Part shown: positions 1 to 8,986 of the stretch, piece by piece
Position numbering within the stretch: the first letter of the stretch is position 1
Layout of the letters: every line of letters starts with the position of its first letter
Source: an uncultured Pseudomonadota bacterium
GTDB taxonomy: Bacteria > Pseudomonadota > Gammaproteobacteria > Steroidobacterales > Steroidobacteraceae
DNA length: 64,000 bases
Direction: 5' to 3'
Assembly (NCBI GenBank): GCA_963781815.1
Contig: CAWAHK010000003.1
Span: 495,774 to 559,773 of the forward strand
The notes under the pieces: model-generated
Seen by the model: only the letters and a program-made list of their open reading frames with translations
The model's database searches: none
Told to the model about the DNA's origin: nothing
Program-made: the position numbers and the translations under genes

Positions 1-10
1 GGGAGTAAGC

Positions 11-421
11 TCACTCTCTTTTCTTGCGTCCATCGACCTTCTCCTTCCGTTTCAGTTCCTCGACAACCTTGTCCAGCTCGTCGAAGCGAGCGTCCCAGAG
101 CTGTCGGTATCTCTCGATCCATGCCACCTCTTCCTCCAGTCGGCCCAGGCCTAACTTGCAGGTACGCACGCGCCCGACCTTCTCGGTCGTGACAAGCCCC
201 GCCTGCTCCAGGACGCCGATATGCTTCTTCATGCCCGTGAGGGTCATGTGAAACTTCTCGGCAAGGTCCGTGATCGAGGCGTCGGCACGGCCGAGCTGCT
301 CCAGAACGCCCCGTCGGGTGGCGTCCGAGAGCGCAGCGAACGAGGCATCGAGGTGGGCATACTGAACCATGTGGTTCAGTATGCCCAAGGGATTGGCGGG
401 ATGCAACTCCTCCCCGCTCAC
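11..421 (-). CDS. ArsR/SmtB-family winged-helix transcriptional regulator
   Basis: 136-aa ORF with GTG start at 421 and GGAG 8 nt upstream. The segment SDATRRGVLEQL...ITDLAEKFHMTLTGMKKHIGVLEQAGLV is a typical ArsR-type HTH. Confidence 0.8.
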   Translation of the reverse strand: MSGEELHPANPLGILNHMVQYAHLDASFAALSDATRRGVLEQLGRADASITDLAEKFHMTLTGMKKHIGVLEQAGLVTTEKVGRVRTCKLGLGRLEEEVAWIERYRQLWDARFDELDKVVEELKRKEKVDGRKKRE

Positions 422-907
422 CCTGGTCTCCGCTAACAGGAGAGAACCTTTCTGCGCTCACCAAGCGGCGTGCCCGGTCGTCACACGGCGTCGCACCCGA
501 CCCCAGTGCGACACTGCATTGCGCGGGTAGCAACTGGCGGTAGTTCGCGCCGAGGCATCTGGATCTACGACCCCCGTTGGTGGTGGCTGAGCCCCAGGTT
601 CATCCACACGGAACGCGCTCGATATTCTTGTGACACTCGGGGTGTCAACGGGGCTCGTCGTGCGTGCGGCCGCCGCCACCGCGGGACTGGGAGCGCTGCT
701 CGCGGCCACTCCCTGGGCACTAAGGGTTGAGGGGAACTGCGAAGACCCGATGTTGGAATTCTCACTCACTCAAACAGGTACGAGGGCCACTCACTACCCA
801 CCCGCCGACCCGAGCGCTTCCTTTACAAAATCAATGACATCCAAGCAACTGGCGTGGGTGATTTCCGTCTTCCTGTTCTAGCACGGGCTTAGCGCAACTC
901 CTTCTTG

Positions 908-3088
908 ATGCTGCCGCCACGGTCGACCAGGCCCCGCCCGGGAAGGGCGTGCGTTTGCGCTGCCATACCGCCTAGTCCATTCTGGGCGTTCCAGGAAACC
1001 GACCCCGGGATCGACCTCTTGCGGAACGAAGCGGTGCCTGATGGCGTCTCCACAGCCGGGCAAAGCCAGCGAGCCGTCTTTCTCAGCTATGCGTCCGAAG
1101 ATGCCGCTGCCGCACAGCGGATCTGCACTGCGCTGCGTGCCGCGGACATCGAGGTGTGGTTCGATCAAAGCGAGCTGCGCGGTGGGGACGCCTGGGACGC
1201 CGCGATTCGCAAGCACATTAAATCCTGCGCCCTGTTCGTCCCGGTCATCTCCACCAATACCCATAATCGCATCGAAGGGTACTTCCGGCTCGAGTGGAAG
1301 CTGGCGATCGATCGCTCCTACCTGATCGCGGCGGACCAAGCCTTCCTGCTGCCGGTCGTCATTGACGGCACGCTGCAGACGGACGAGCGCATCCCGGACC
1401 GATTCCGCGAACTGCAGTGGACGCGGTTGCCGGGCGGCGACACGCCGCCGGCCTTCGTCGAGCACGTGGCCCGCCTGCTGTCGGCTGCGCACCAGCTTCC
1501 CACGATACCGACGCAGTGGTCGACGGCCAGCACCGTCCCTGCCGCCGCGGAGCCACCCCGAAGTGGCGCAAAGTCCTGGGGATCGAAATTTGTGCTGCTG
1601 GCGTTCGCGCTGGCGGTCATCGCGGGCGGCTACATCGCCTTAGACCGACTGGTGCTCTCGAAAGCGACGCGCGACGTCGGAGGAACGACCGCAGTCACAA
1701 CGGCTTCCTCAGTCAACGCGCAGAACGCGATACCGGAGAAATCAATCGCAGTATTGCCGTTTCTCGACATGAGCGAGAAGAAGGATCAGGAGTATTTCTC
1801 GGATGGGCTCAGTGAGGAGCTGCTCGATCTCCTCTCGAAGACCGAGGGACTTAAGGTCATTGCCCGAACTTCGTCCTTCTACTTCAAGGGTAAGCAAGCC
1901 ACGATCCCCGAGATTGCGAGCACGCTGCGCGTTGCGCACGTGCTCGAAGGCAGCGTTCGCAAAGCCGGCACCACCATCCGCGTCACGGCGCAGCTGATCC
2001 GCGCGAGCGACGGCGCATACCAGTGGTCGGAAACCTATGACCGGGACTTGAAGGATGTCTTCAAGGTCCAGGACGAGATAGCGGCAGCCGTCGTGAAGGC
2101 GCTGCAGCTGAAACTTCTGCCCGCCGGCCTGGCGGGTAAGTCGGTGATGCACAATACAGACGCGTACAGCCTGTACCTGAAGGGCCAGTACTTCGCGCGC
2201 CGGGCCAGCTCCGCTGACGTTGATCAGGGCATCAGCTATCTTCAGCAGGCAATTGCTATGGACCCCGACTTCGCGCCCGCACACGCCGAGCTCGCATCCG
2301 CCTACTTCTTTATGGGCACGTTCGGGACTGGCTCGGCAGATGCGATGATCGAGCGGTGCCGCACCGAGGTCGACAGGGCGCAGCGGCTGGATCCCTCGCT
2401 CCCGGTGCTCCATATCTTGCGGGCGAATCTCGCCGTTGTGTCGTACGACTGGCCCACCGCGGAGGCAGAGGCCGAGCAGGCGCTCAAACTGGATCCGCGC
2501 AACTCGGATGCCTTATACCGCCGTGGGGTAATTGAACGCGCGCTCGGTCGTCCCGATGAGGCCCTGGAACTCTACCGCCGCGCGTTGATCCTCGATCCAC
2601 TACGGGTCATTGATCACATTCAGCTTGCGATGCTGCTGCACTCGCTGGGGTGGCTAGACGAGACACGCGCAGCCGCAGAGGACGCACTCGCCATAAACCC
2701 AACGGCGGTGAAGGCTCACTTTCTCCTGGGCCTCGTTGAACTCTCGAGGAGCCATCTCGACGCCGCGAGCGCGCAGATGGCCCAAGAGTCGGGCGAGTGG
2801 TATCGGCTGGAAGGCCAGGCCATGGTCGCGTTCGCCGCTAAGCGCTGGCGCGACTCGGACGCGGCGCTGAAACGCCTGATAGACGTGCACCAGCAGAGTT
2901 CGGCCGTCCAGATCGCGCAGCTGTACGCCTACCGGGGCGAGCGCGACAAGGCATTCGAGTGGCTAGATCGTGCCGCCCAACAGCGCGATCCAGGGCTCGT
3001 GTTTTTCCAGACGGATGTGCTGTTTGCGAGTCTGCGGGGCGACGCGCGCTTTCAAGCGCTGCGACGCAGGTTGCGCCTAGTTACCTGA
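908..3088 (+). CDS. TIR domain / single TM / TolB-N-like module / TPR-repeat protein
   Basis: 727-aa ORF. TIR-like block: VFLSYASEDAAAAQRI..CALFVPVISTN..EGYFRLEWKLAIDR. One TM: FVLLAFALAVIAGGYIAL. Next comes KSIAVLPFLDMS..KVIARTSSFYFKG..EGSVRKAGTTIRVTAQLI, followed by TPR-like repeats to the C-terminus. Start codon uncertain (TTG 905, ATG 908, or an internal GTG). Confidence 0.8.
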   Translation: MLPPRSTRPRPGRACVCAAIPPSPFWAFQETDPGIDLLRNEAVPDGVSTAGQSQRAVFLSYASEDAAAAQRICTALRAADIEVWFDQSELRGGDAWDAAIRKHIKSCALFVPVISTNTHNRIEGYFRLEWKLAIDRSYLIAADQAFLLPVVIDGTLQTDERIPDRFRELQWTRLPGGDTPPAFVEHVARLLSAAHQLPTIPTQWSTASTVPAAAEPPRSGAKSWGSKFVLLAFALAVIAGGYIALDRLVLSKATRDVGGTTAVTTASSVNAQNAIPEKSIAVLPFLDMSEKKDQEYFSDGLSEELLDLLSKTEGLKVIARTSSFYFKGKQATIPEIASTLRVAHVLEGSVRKAGTTIRVTAQLIRASDGAYQWSETYDRDLKDVFKVQDEIAAAVVKALQLKLLPAGLAGKSVMHNTDAYSLYLKGQYFARRASSADVDQGISYLQQAIAMDPDFAPAHAELASAYFFMGTFGTGSADAMIERCRTEVDRAQRLDPSLPVLHILRANLAVVSYDWPTAEAEAEQALKLDPRNSDALYRRGVIERALGRPDEALELYRRALILDPLRVIDHIQLAMLLHSLGWLDETRAAAEDALAINPTAVKAHFLLGLVELSRSHLDAASAQMAQESGEWYRLEGQAMVAFAAKRWRDSDAALKRLIDVHQQSSAVQIAQLYAYRGERDKAFEWLDRAAQQRDPGLVFFQTDVLFASLRGDARFQALRRRLRLVT

Positions 3089-3218
3089 TTCCCCGCAGTT
3101 CGTGTACAGGAACCTGTCAACGGCTGAGGCCCTGTTGCGGACGACACCTGCTGCAACTGAAGCATGACACGCATCGGCGTGAACGACTAACATGGCTCTA
3201 CTGCGGAGGTGCACTGAA

Positions 3219-4250
3219 GTGAAAGCAATTCATCGCGTTGGCGGTCCGCGAGTCGTCCTGGTGACTGTTGCTCCATGTCTTTTTGCAAGTCCCGCGTTCG
3301 CTTTCGGGGCACCAGCCCCTGCCACCGACGTGACTGCGCCACAAATGATCGATGCCTTCGAAGGCACCTATGGTGTCCACCCCGGCCAGCGCCGAAACCA
3401 CATCAAGGGGACGTGCGCGGTCGGGCAGTTTGTCGGGACGAGCGATGCGGCTACCCTCAGCCGTTCCGCTCTCTTCTCAGGTAAGCCCATTCCTGTAGTG
3501 GCGCGCTTCTCACTGGGGGGTGGCGACCCCGAAGTACCAGACGCGGCGCCCGCTCCACGCGGCATGGCGCTTGAGTTCCATCTTCCTGCCGGCGCCTTGC
3601 AGCACATCACAATGATCAATGTGCCGATCTTCGCCGCAGCGTCGCCAGCCTCGTTCCGAGACGCCATTTTGGCTGCGAGACCCGATCCCAAGACGGGAAA
3701 GCCGGATCCGGAAAAGCTAAAGGCCTATGCGGCAACGCACCCGGACGCGATCGCTCTCACCAAACTGGCGAGCGTGCACAAGCCGACTGCGAACTACTAT
3801 CAGACAACCTTCTTCGGCATTCACACGTTTAAGTTCATCGATCCAAAAGGCACTGAGCACTTGGTGAAGTGGCGCTTCGTTCCCCGCGATGGCACGAAGG
3901 AGATGACTGCGGCAGAGATGAAGGCAGCACCCCATGATTTCCTCGAGAGGAATCTTATTGAGCGCACTCGCAAAGGCCCGGCCGTGTGGGACATGATTGT
4001 CTACGTCGGCGAACCAGGGGACCCTGAGGACAACCCCACTCTGGCTTGGCCCGAGAGCCGCAGGCATTTGACCGCAGGAACTCTCACCATCGTCGATGCG
4101 ACACCGCAACAAAAGGGCGTCGCGTGTGAGCCTATCAACTTCGATCCTTTGATAATGGCGGACGGCATCCGCCCGACCAACGATCCTATATTGCTGTTTC
4201 GCTCCCCCGCGTACGCGGTCTCGTTCGGCAAGCGCTTAGCCGCTCAATGA
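3219..4250 (+). CDS. catalase-related haem protein (small catalase-like peroxidase family), secreted
   Basis: MIDAFEGTYGVHPGQRRNHIKGTCAVGQF..PVVARFSLGGGDPEVPD..RGMALEF..NVPIFAA matches the catalase core lineage. GTG 3219 has GGAGG 9 nt upstream; ATG 3192 is the alternative start. The N-terminus looks like a signal peptide (..SPAFAFG). Confidence 0.75.
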   Translation: MKAIHRVGGPRVVLVTVAPCLFASPAFAFGAPAPATDVTAPQMIDAFEGTYGVHPGQRRNHIKGTCAVGQFVGTSDAATLSRSALFSGKPIPVVARFSLGGGDPEVPDAAPAPRGMALEFHLPAGALQHITMINVPIFAAASPASFRDAILAARPDPKTGKPDPEKLKAYAATHPDAIALTKLASVHKPTANYYQTTFFGIHTFKFIDPKGTEHLVKWRFVPRDGTKEMTAAEMKAAPHDFLERNLIERTRKGPAVWDMIVYVGEPGDPEDNPTLAWPESRRHLTAGTLTIVDATPQQKGVACEPINFDPLIMADGIRPTNDPILLFRSPAYAVSFGKRLAAQ

Positions 4251-4434
4251 ATCGGCTAAAGCGGATGGGGCAGCTCATCGATGGTGAAGCGCGACCACAT
4301 CCCCTCCCCTGGCGAGCAGGTTCCCAACAGGGAAAGTACATTTGGCGCGACCTCGACCACGGAAGTCACCGGTGGCGTTTGATCGACGCTTTACGGCTCG
4401 TGACTTGGCGACCGGTTCTAGAGAAAACGAACTG

Positions 4435-4527
4435 CACTGAATCTGCACCGGCAACGGAGCATTGGTCTTTCCGAATACGCATTACAGCAGCAGCCCCTCG
4501 GATCCCAACGGATTGTGAACCCGTTGG
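4435..4527 (+). repeat. intergenic repeat element copy E1 (box CACTGAATCTGCACC + 70 nt + hairpin CCAACGG-ATTGTGAAC-CCGTTGG)
   Basis: Direct reading. The box is at 4435-4449 and the 7-bp-stem hairpin at 4505-4527. It is homologous to copy E4 at 31359-31452, which has the same box-to-hairpin spacing. Confidence 0.6.
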
Positions 4528-4772
4528 TAGTCGGCAAATCGGAATTCTCGTGAAACGCGGTCTTGCGAAGTTTGAGCAGCCCATTTGTCACTATGTCATT
4601 GATTTACTTGGTTCGAGATCAGTCTAAAACGACATAATGCATCGGTGCCCCCACTAAGCCACTCCGGTCAACGCGAGTCGATTGCAGCGGCCATCCCTGA
4701 TTGCAGGGAGGATGGACGCGCTGCCGTCACAGGCCGAACATACAGTCACGTAGGGAACGATTGGAGAACGCG

Positions 4773-5228
4773 ATGCCCGAATCAAACAGGCCGAGCGAGT
4801 TACCGTCGTGGATCAAAGAGCATATATCCCGCTATATCGCGACCAATGGCGAGGACGGCTATATGTGGGATGCGAGTCTGGGCGGCGGCAAGGGGATGGT
4901 GGCTACTCTGTTGCTGACAACGACCGGCCGCAAGTCGGGGAAAGCCCTGACACTACCTTTAATCTTTGGCCGTTCGGGGGCCGACTACGTCGTGGTGGCG
5001 TCCAAGGGCGGAGCGCCCGCGCATCCAGCCTGGTATCTGAACCTCGAGGCCAATTCTCTTGTCCAAGTTCAGGTCAAGGCGGACAAGTTTGCCGCTCGCG
5101 CCCATACAGCCGACGCCCGGGAAAGGGCCGCTCTGTGGCCGATGATGGTGGAGATCTACGGCCCATACGAGCACTACCAGACCAAGACTGACCGACAGAT
5201 TCCGGTAGTTGTGCTGAAGCGAATGTGA
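4773..5228 (+). CDS. nitroreductase-family deazaflavin (F420)-dependent oxidoreductase (DUF385-like)
   Basis: TTTGRKSGKALTLPLIFG..DYVVVASKGGAPAHPAWYLNLEAN..VQVQV is the family signature. ATG 4773 is preceded by GGAGAA. Confidence 0.75.
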   Translation: MPESNRPSELPSWIKEHISRYIATNGEDGYMWDASLGGGKGMVATLLLTTTGRKSGKALTLPLIFGRSGADYVVVASKGGAPAHPAWYLNLEANSLVQVQVKADKFAARAHTADARERAALWPMMVEIYGPYEHYQTKTDRQIPVVVLKRM

Positions 5229-5246
5229 TGAGCCTCATTTGACGGG

Positions 5247-7313
5247 TCACACGGCCACGTCCGGGTCTCCCTCCAACACATGCTGGGCCAGTTTGGGTCT
5301 CTCGCCTGCCCTCCACCGTCCTGCGGTGTGCCGAACCCTATAGCGCAACGGGCCGCCATCCGGGGTCTGCGCTCGCGCAATCGGCCGGGGGATGCAGACA
5401 AACTCCGTCTCGAGCGTCTCTGATCCTGCGGTGACGACCGCGTAGCCATGCCCACCCATATCAACGAACTCCAGATGGGGCGCGTTGTCTGGATTGCTTA
5501 CCGCGTGCGCGGCTTGCAGGTTGCCGGTGCGTGCATACTCGAGCGCGCTTCTGACGCCATGCTTCACGGTCAGATTGATCGTAGATTCGAACTTCCCCGG
5601 CTGGAGCTCGCTCACGAACAGAGGCCTGAGCGGATGGCCTTTCAGCCGATGCTCGAAGGCCTCAGCCATCCCAGGCGCCGAAATTGAGCCGCAGATAAAG
5701 GCCACGCCGACCGGATCGAAGCTCTTAGGCGGCAGGGCCTTTGCGGCGTAGCCAGCCCAGAAGCTGTGCCGATCACCAGATACGACAGCGAACCCGGTAA
5801 TCTTGGCCTCACGCACGAAGTCGTAAAGTTCTCCCCGCTCAGTGAGCGCAGCACTGAAATCACCGCCGCCGAAGGTGGCGTAGCCCTGTCCGGGCCAAGG
5901 CGTCGTCAGCCCCGCTGGCAGGTTCAGCGGATCCGTCCGCATGTCTAGAGTCCCGTTGGTGGCGCCCCAAACCTTCCAGGTCGACGTGGAGGCAGCGAGC
6001 GTCCGCTTCAGCCAGTCCTTCTGGACGCGGCCGAGCACCGTATACGCCGGATCATTCCGCGCGAAATTCTCCACGCTGGAGCTACCCAGCGGAATACTCT
6101 GAGGTGGATTGCCGCCGTTGTAGGTGCGCCCGGCCTCCAGAATCTCCAGCGCCTCCTGCGGAAAGAGCTCGGGAAATGCCTTTAGATCGAATGCTTCAGC
6201 TTCGTTCCGCGTCGTCGGATCTTCCATGGTATAGCTGTGGAAATCGGTCAGGATCAGGTCGACGTGGCGCCCGAACCGCATTGCGCGGTAACCGATCATG
6301 CTGGAGATCGCCGCAAGGTTGTTGGTCTCCTCGCCCAAGCCGTCCCTATCAAGGCGCGTGATCGGCGCGTTTTCGACTTTCGGGCCATCGAACCTGTCCA
6401 AGGCGGGTCCGGAAGCCTTGCGCACGCGCGAGGGAATGTATTCCCACCAGGCCTGGTTGGCGGCCACGCGCAACGCCTGCGCCGGCTCCGCCTTGCCGTC
6501 GTACTTGATGAAGCTTTGCCAGCCCTGCCACGAGAACTCGTGGTTGTCGCCGATGCAGACGAACGGGAACCAGGCGCGGGCATCCTGAATGTCCGGGTCG
6601 CGTATGTGCGCGCGGTAGACCATCCGATAACCGTCAAGCGTCGTCGGCACGTGGAAGTTGTGCACCTTGCGGCTGTCGGGCACCCGGCCGATGTCATAGA
6701 CAGTGCGGTCATACCGGTGCGGCACCTCGTCTGGGTACTCGACCACCTCGTAGATGAAATCGCCTAAGTGCAGGACGAATCCCAGCCGTCGCTCGGCCGG
6801 CGCGCGTTGGTCCTCCCAGATCATCCGACGAAATGCGTTCTGTGCGCCCTCGTTGACGCTTTGGCAGGAAACAAACGCGAAGCGCACCGCCCGTGGGTCA
6901 TCGATTTTTGGCGCGGTGATAGTTCGGCCGACGCGGCTGCCGTGGCCGTCGCCGTCGCTGAAGCGGTACCAATAGACGTGGTCGGGCTTGAGCCGGCCGA
7001 CCAGAACGCGGCAGGTCCAGTCTGACTCCTCGGATACGCCCGCCTCTGCCGCCGCGATGACGCCATGAAACGCGGCGTCCTCCGCTACTTCCACATGCAG
7101 CGTAGCCTGCGCTCGGCCGTCACTGAACGGCCGGCGCGTCCACAGGACCACGCTGGTGGGCTCCGGATCGCCGGACGCGACCCCCTCGGGGTAGAGATCG
7201 CGCCGTTCTACCCAACGGCGTCGAGAAGCGGCTGCGTTGGATAGCGCCCAGACAGGGGTAGCACCAAACGCAGCGGCGGCAGCAATGAACGATCGGCGAG
7301 TTGAGGTGATCAC
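5247..7313 (-). CDS. phoD: PhoD-family alkaline phosphatase/phosphodiesterase with Tat signal
   Basis: 688 aa. N-terminus MITSTRRSFIAAAAAFGATPVWA carries a twin-arginine motif. It has PhoD-like N-terminal and metallophosphatase blocks (FAFVSCQ.., LHLGDFIYE, IGDNHEF, SGDRHSFWAG). GTG start. Confidence 0.85.
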   Translation of the reverse strand: MITSTRRSFIAAAAAFGATPVWALSNAAASRRRWVERRDLYPEGVASGDPEPTSVVLWTRRPFSDGRAQATLHVEVAEDAAFHGVIAAAEAGVSEESDWTCRVLVGRLKPDHVYWYRFSDGDGHGSRVGRTITAPKIDDPRAVRFAFVSCQSVNEGAQNAFRRMIWEDQRAPAERRLGFVLHLGDFIYEVVEYPDEVPHRYDRTVYDIGRVPDSRKVHNFHVPTTLDGYRMVYRAHIRDPDIQDARAWFPFVCIGDNHEFSWQGWQSFIKYDGKAEPAQALRVAANQAWWEYIPSRVRKASGPALDRFDGPKVENAPITRLDRDGLGEETNNLAAISSMIGYRAMRFGRHVDLILTDFHSYTMEDPTTRNEAEAFDLKAFPELFPQEALEILEAGRTYNGGNPPQSIPLGSSSVENFARNDPAYTVLGRVQKDWLKRTLAASTSTWKVWGATNGTLDMRTDPLNLPAGLTTPWPGQGYATFGGGDFSAALTERGELYDFVREAKITGFAVVSGDRHSFWAGYAAKALPPKSFDPVGVAFICGSISAPGMAEAFEHRLKGHPLRPLFVSELQPGKFESTINLTVKHGVRSALEYARTGNLQAAHAVSNPDNAPHLEFVDMGGHGYAVVTAGSETLETEFVCIPRPIARAQTPDGGPLRYRVRHTAGRWRAGERPKLAQHVLEGDPDVAV

Positions 7314-7399
7314 GGTGCCTCTATCCGCATGAGCCGAGCGACCTTTCCCTCGACGCTAATAAACGAGTGGCGCCACCTTGCCAATGATCTTGATTCCCC

Positions 7400-7419
7400 A
7401 TTCGAACGAGTCTTCGAAT
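7400..7419. promoter_or_regulatory. inverted repeat ATTCGAA-N6-TTCGAAT in the phoD / SPFH divergent intergenic region
   Basis: Perfect 7-bp arms read directly. It lies in a locally AT-richer patch between divergent starts 7313 and 7712. The binding protein is unknown. Confidence 0.3.
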
Positions 7420-7711
7420 CCACTGTATTAATCAAATTCTACCGCAGCGGTTATCCACTTGCCCGAGTCCGGTATCGCACTGACAGAACCCGTGAGGCGG
7501 AGATGCCTCGAATTTACGCTGCGCGCTCTGGATCCACTGCCAGATGCACAGGCGAACCCCCCGGACCGGTGTGAACACTGCTCGTTGTGCGCCCAAGGCG
7601 GCAGTCCCCCCCCTTGCTGCCCTGCCGCGCCACAATTGCCTCACTGCATCGCCACAATGCGGCAAGAGACTGTTCCCTGCGGGCCACCTCAGGTCCCGGG
7701 AGAGCAGGTCC

Positions 7712-8986
7712 ATGTCGAGTCGCCTCGGTGCGTTGGTCGATCTACTTCGCCGGGCGCTGATCCAACCGGTCCAGCGCCTGGTAACAGCGGCAAGGGCCAC
7801 TATCCGATCGCTTGTTACGGGTGCCGGTGGCCTCCGGAAACGCCTGGTGCTCCCCGCGGCGCTCGGCGTAGTTGCGTACGCTCTTTATGCCCACCCGCCA
7901 TTCGCCTCCGTGCACCAAAGTGAGATTCTGGTACGCACTAACGTGCTCGACGGTTCGGCGAGCGCCTATGACCGAGGCACGGTTGTGATCCTGCCCGGGA
8001 TCTATCAGCTGCGGCGCTATTCGGTTCACGACCAGGTCTTTCGACCGATGGATAGTGCGAGCGCCACGGGGAAGGGACCCTTCCAGTCGAACGAGGGCCT
8101 GTCGATCGGCGTCGACCTTGCGGTGCGCTGGGCAATCGATCCGCAGCGCGTGGCGCAGATGTCGCGGGACTTCCCGGACGATCTCAATGCTGATCTGGTG
8201 CGCCCGGCCGTGCAGGGCATCGCCTATCCCCTTTTTGCCCGCCACACGGTGCGCGAGATCTTCTCCAGCCAGCGCGCTGAGATCCAGCGCGAGCTCATGA
8301 CCGAGCTGGCGCCGAAACTGGCAGCTCTAGGGTTGCGGCTGCGCGGAGTCGATATGGGCAAGGTCGACCTGCCGCCGGACTACCGCGCCGGAATGGAGAA
8401 GCTGCTCGCCGAGGAGCTCGAGACCGAAAAGATCCGCTACAACATGCAGCTAAAGGAAGCGCAGGTCAGGGAGAACGAGCTCGAGGGCGAGGCCGACAAG
8501 ATCAGGCGGCAGAAGGCAGCCGAGGCTGCCGGCGAGCAGCAGGTCATTGCCGCCAAGGCGCAGGAGGAGACCATGAAGCACATCCTGCCCTTCAAGCAGA
8601 AGCAGATCGAGCAACGGCAGCTCGAGGCCGAGGCAGAGAAGGTCGCGCGCATCCGCACCGCCGAGGGCGCCGCTGAGGCGCGGCGTATCGAGGCAAGCGG
8701 CGAAGCCGACTCGCGGCACAAGCTCGCGGAGGCCGAGGCATATCGCCTGGAGCTCGTCGGCAAGGCATCAGCCGGTCAGATGCAGCGCGAGGGAGTCCTG
8801 CTCGCCCGCTACCCGCTGCTCATCCAAAAGACCCTGGCCGACAAGCTCTCAGACAAGGTGCAGGTCATCATTGCCCCGACGCCGGCCGCCGGACAGTTCA
8901 TCGGCTCAAACCTCATCGGCACACGCGCTGCTGCCCAGCCCGTCGCCGCCACCCCTGAAGCCGGCGGCACGGAAGATCCGCAGTGA
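7712..8986 (+). CDS. SPFH/band-7 (flotillin/HflC-like) membrane protein with long Ala/Glu/Lys/Gln-rich C-terminal region, probably coiled-coil
   Basis: N-terminal TM (AALGVVAYALYA). SPFH core: GLSIGVDLAVRWAIDP..VRPAVQGIAYPLFARHTVREIFSSQRAEIQ..LGLRLRGVDMGKVDLPPDY. A roughly 150-aa Ala/Glu/Lys/Gln-rich tail follows. Confidence 0.8.
   Translation: MSSRLGALVDLLRRALIQPVQRLVTAARATIRSLVTGAGGLRKRLVLPAALGVVAYALYAHPPFASVHQSEILVRTNVLDGSASAYDRGTVVILPGIYQLRRYSVHDQVFRPMDSASATGKGPFQSNEGLSIGVDLAVRWAIDPQRVAQMSRDFPDDLNADLVRPAVQGIAYPLFARHTVREIFSSQRAEIQRELMTELAPKLAALGLRLRGVDMGKVDLPPDYRAGMEKLLAEELETEKIRYNMQLKEAQVRENELEGEADKIRRQKAAEAAGEQQVIAAKAQEETMKHILPFKQKQIEQRQLEAEAEKVARIRTAEGAAEARRIEASGEADSRHKLAEAEAYRLELVGKASAGQMQREGVLLARYPLLIQKTLADKLSDKVQVIIAPTPAAGQFIGSNLIGTRAAAQPVAATPEAGGTEDPQ

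Noticed and set aside
458-881. ORFs 458-769 (minus, 103 aa) and 630-881 (plus, 83 aa) in the gap between the ArsR-like gene and the TIR gene.
   Set aside because: They overlap each other, have low-complexity Ala/Ser/Pro-rich translations, no RBS that I could see, only moderate third-position GC and no motif. The region is left as non-coding.
4505-4527. Repeat-family hairpins as tRNA genes, tRNA pseudogenes or att-site halves. The 7-nt loops read TTGCGAG, TTGCCAG and (A)TTGTGA(AC), i.e. U33 + 'anticodon' + purine.
   Set aside because: No D-arm, T-arm (GTTCGAATC-type) or acceptor pairing flanks any copy. GCG is not a normal bacterial Arg anticodon. The stems do not match the Gly/His tRNA anticodon stems I recall. 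The resemblance is kept only as a description of the hairpin.
4606-4620. GGTTCGAGATC resembling a tRNA T-loop.
   Set aside because: The flanking bases cannot form a T-stem, and no other tRNA elements are nearby.
7420-7445. Pho box upstream of phoD (CTGTATTAATCAAATTCTAC).
   Set aside because: Only the first half-site resembles CTGTCAT. The second repeat, 11 nt away, does not match. This is insufficient to call.
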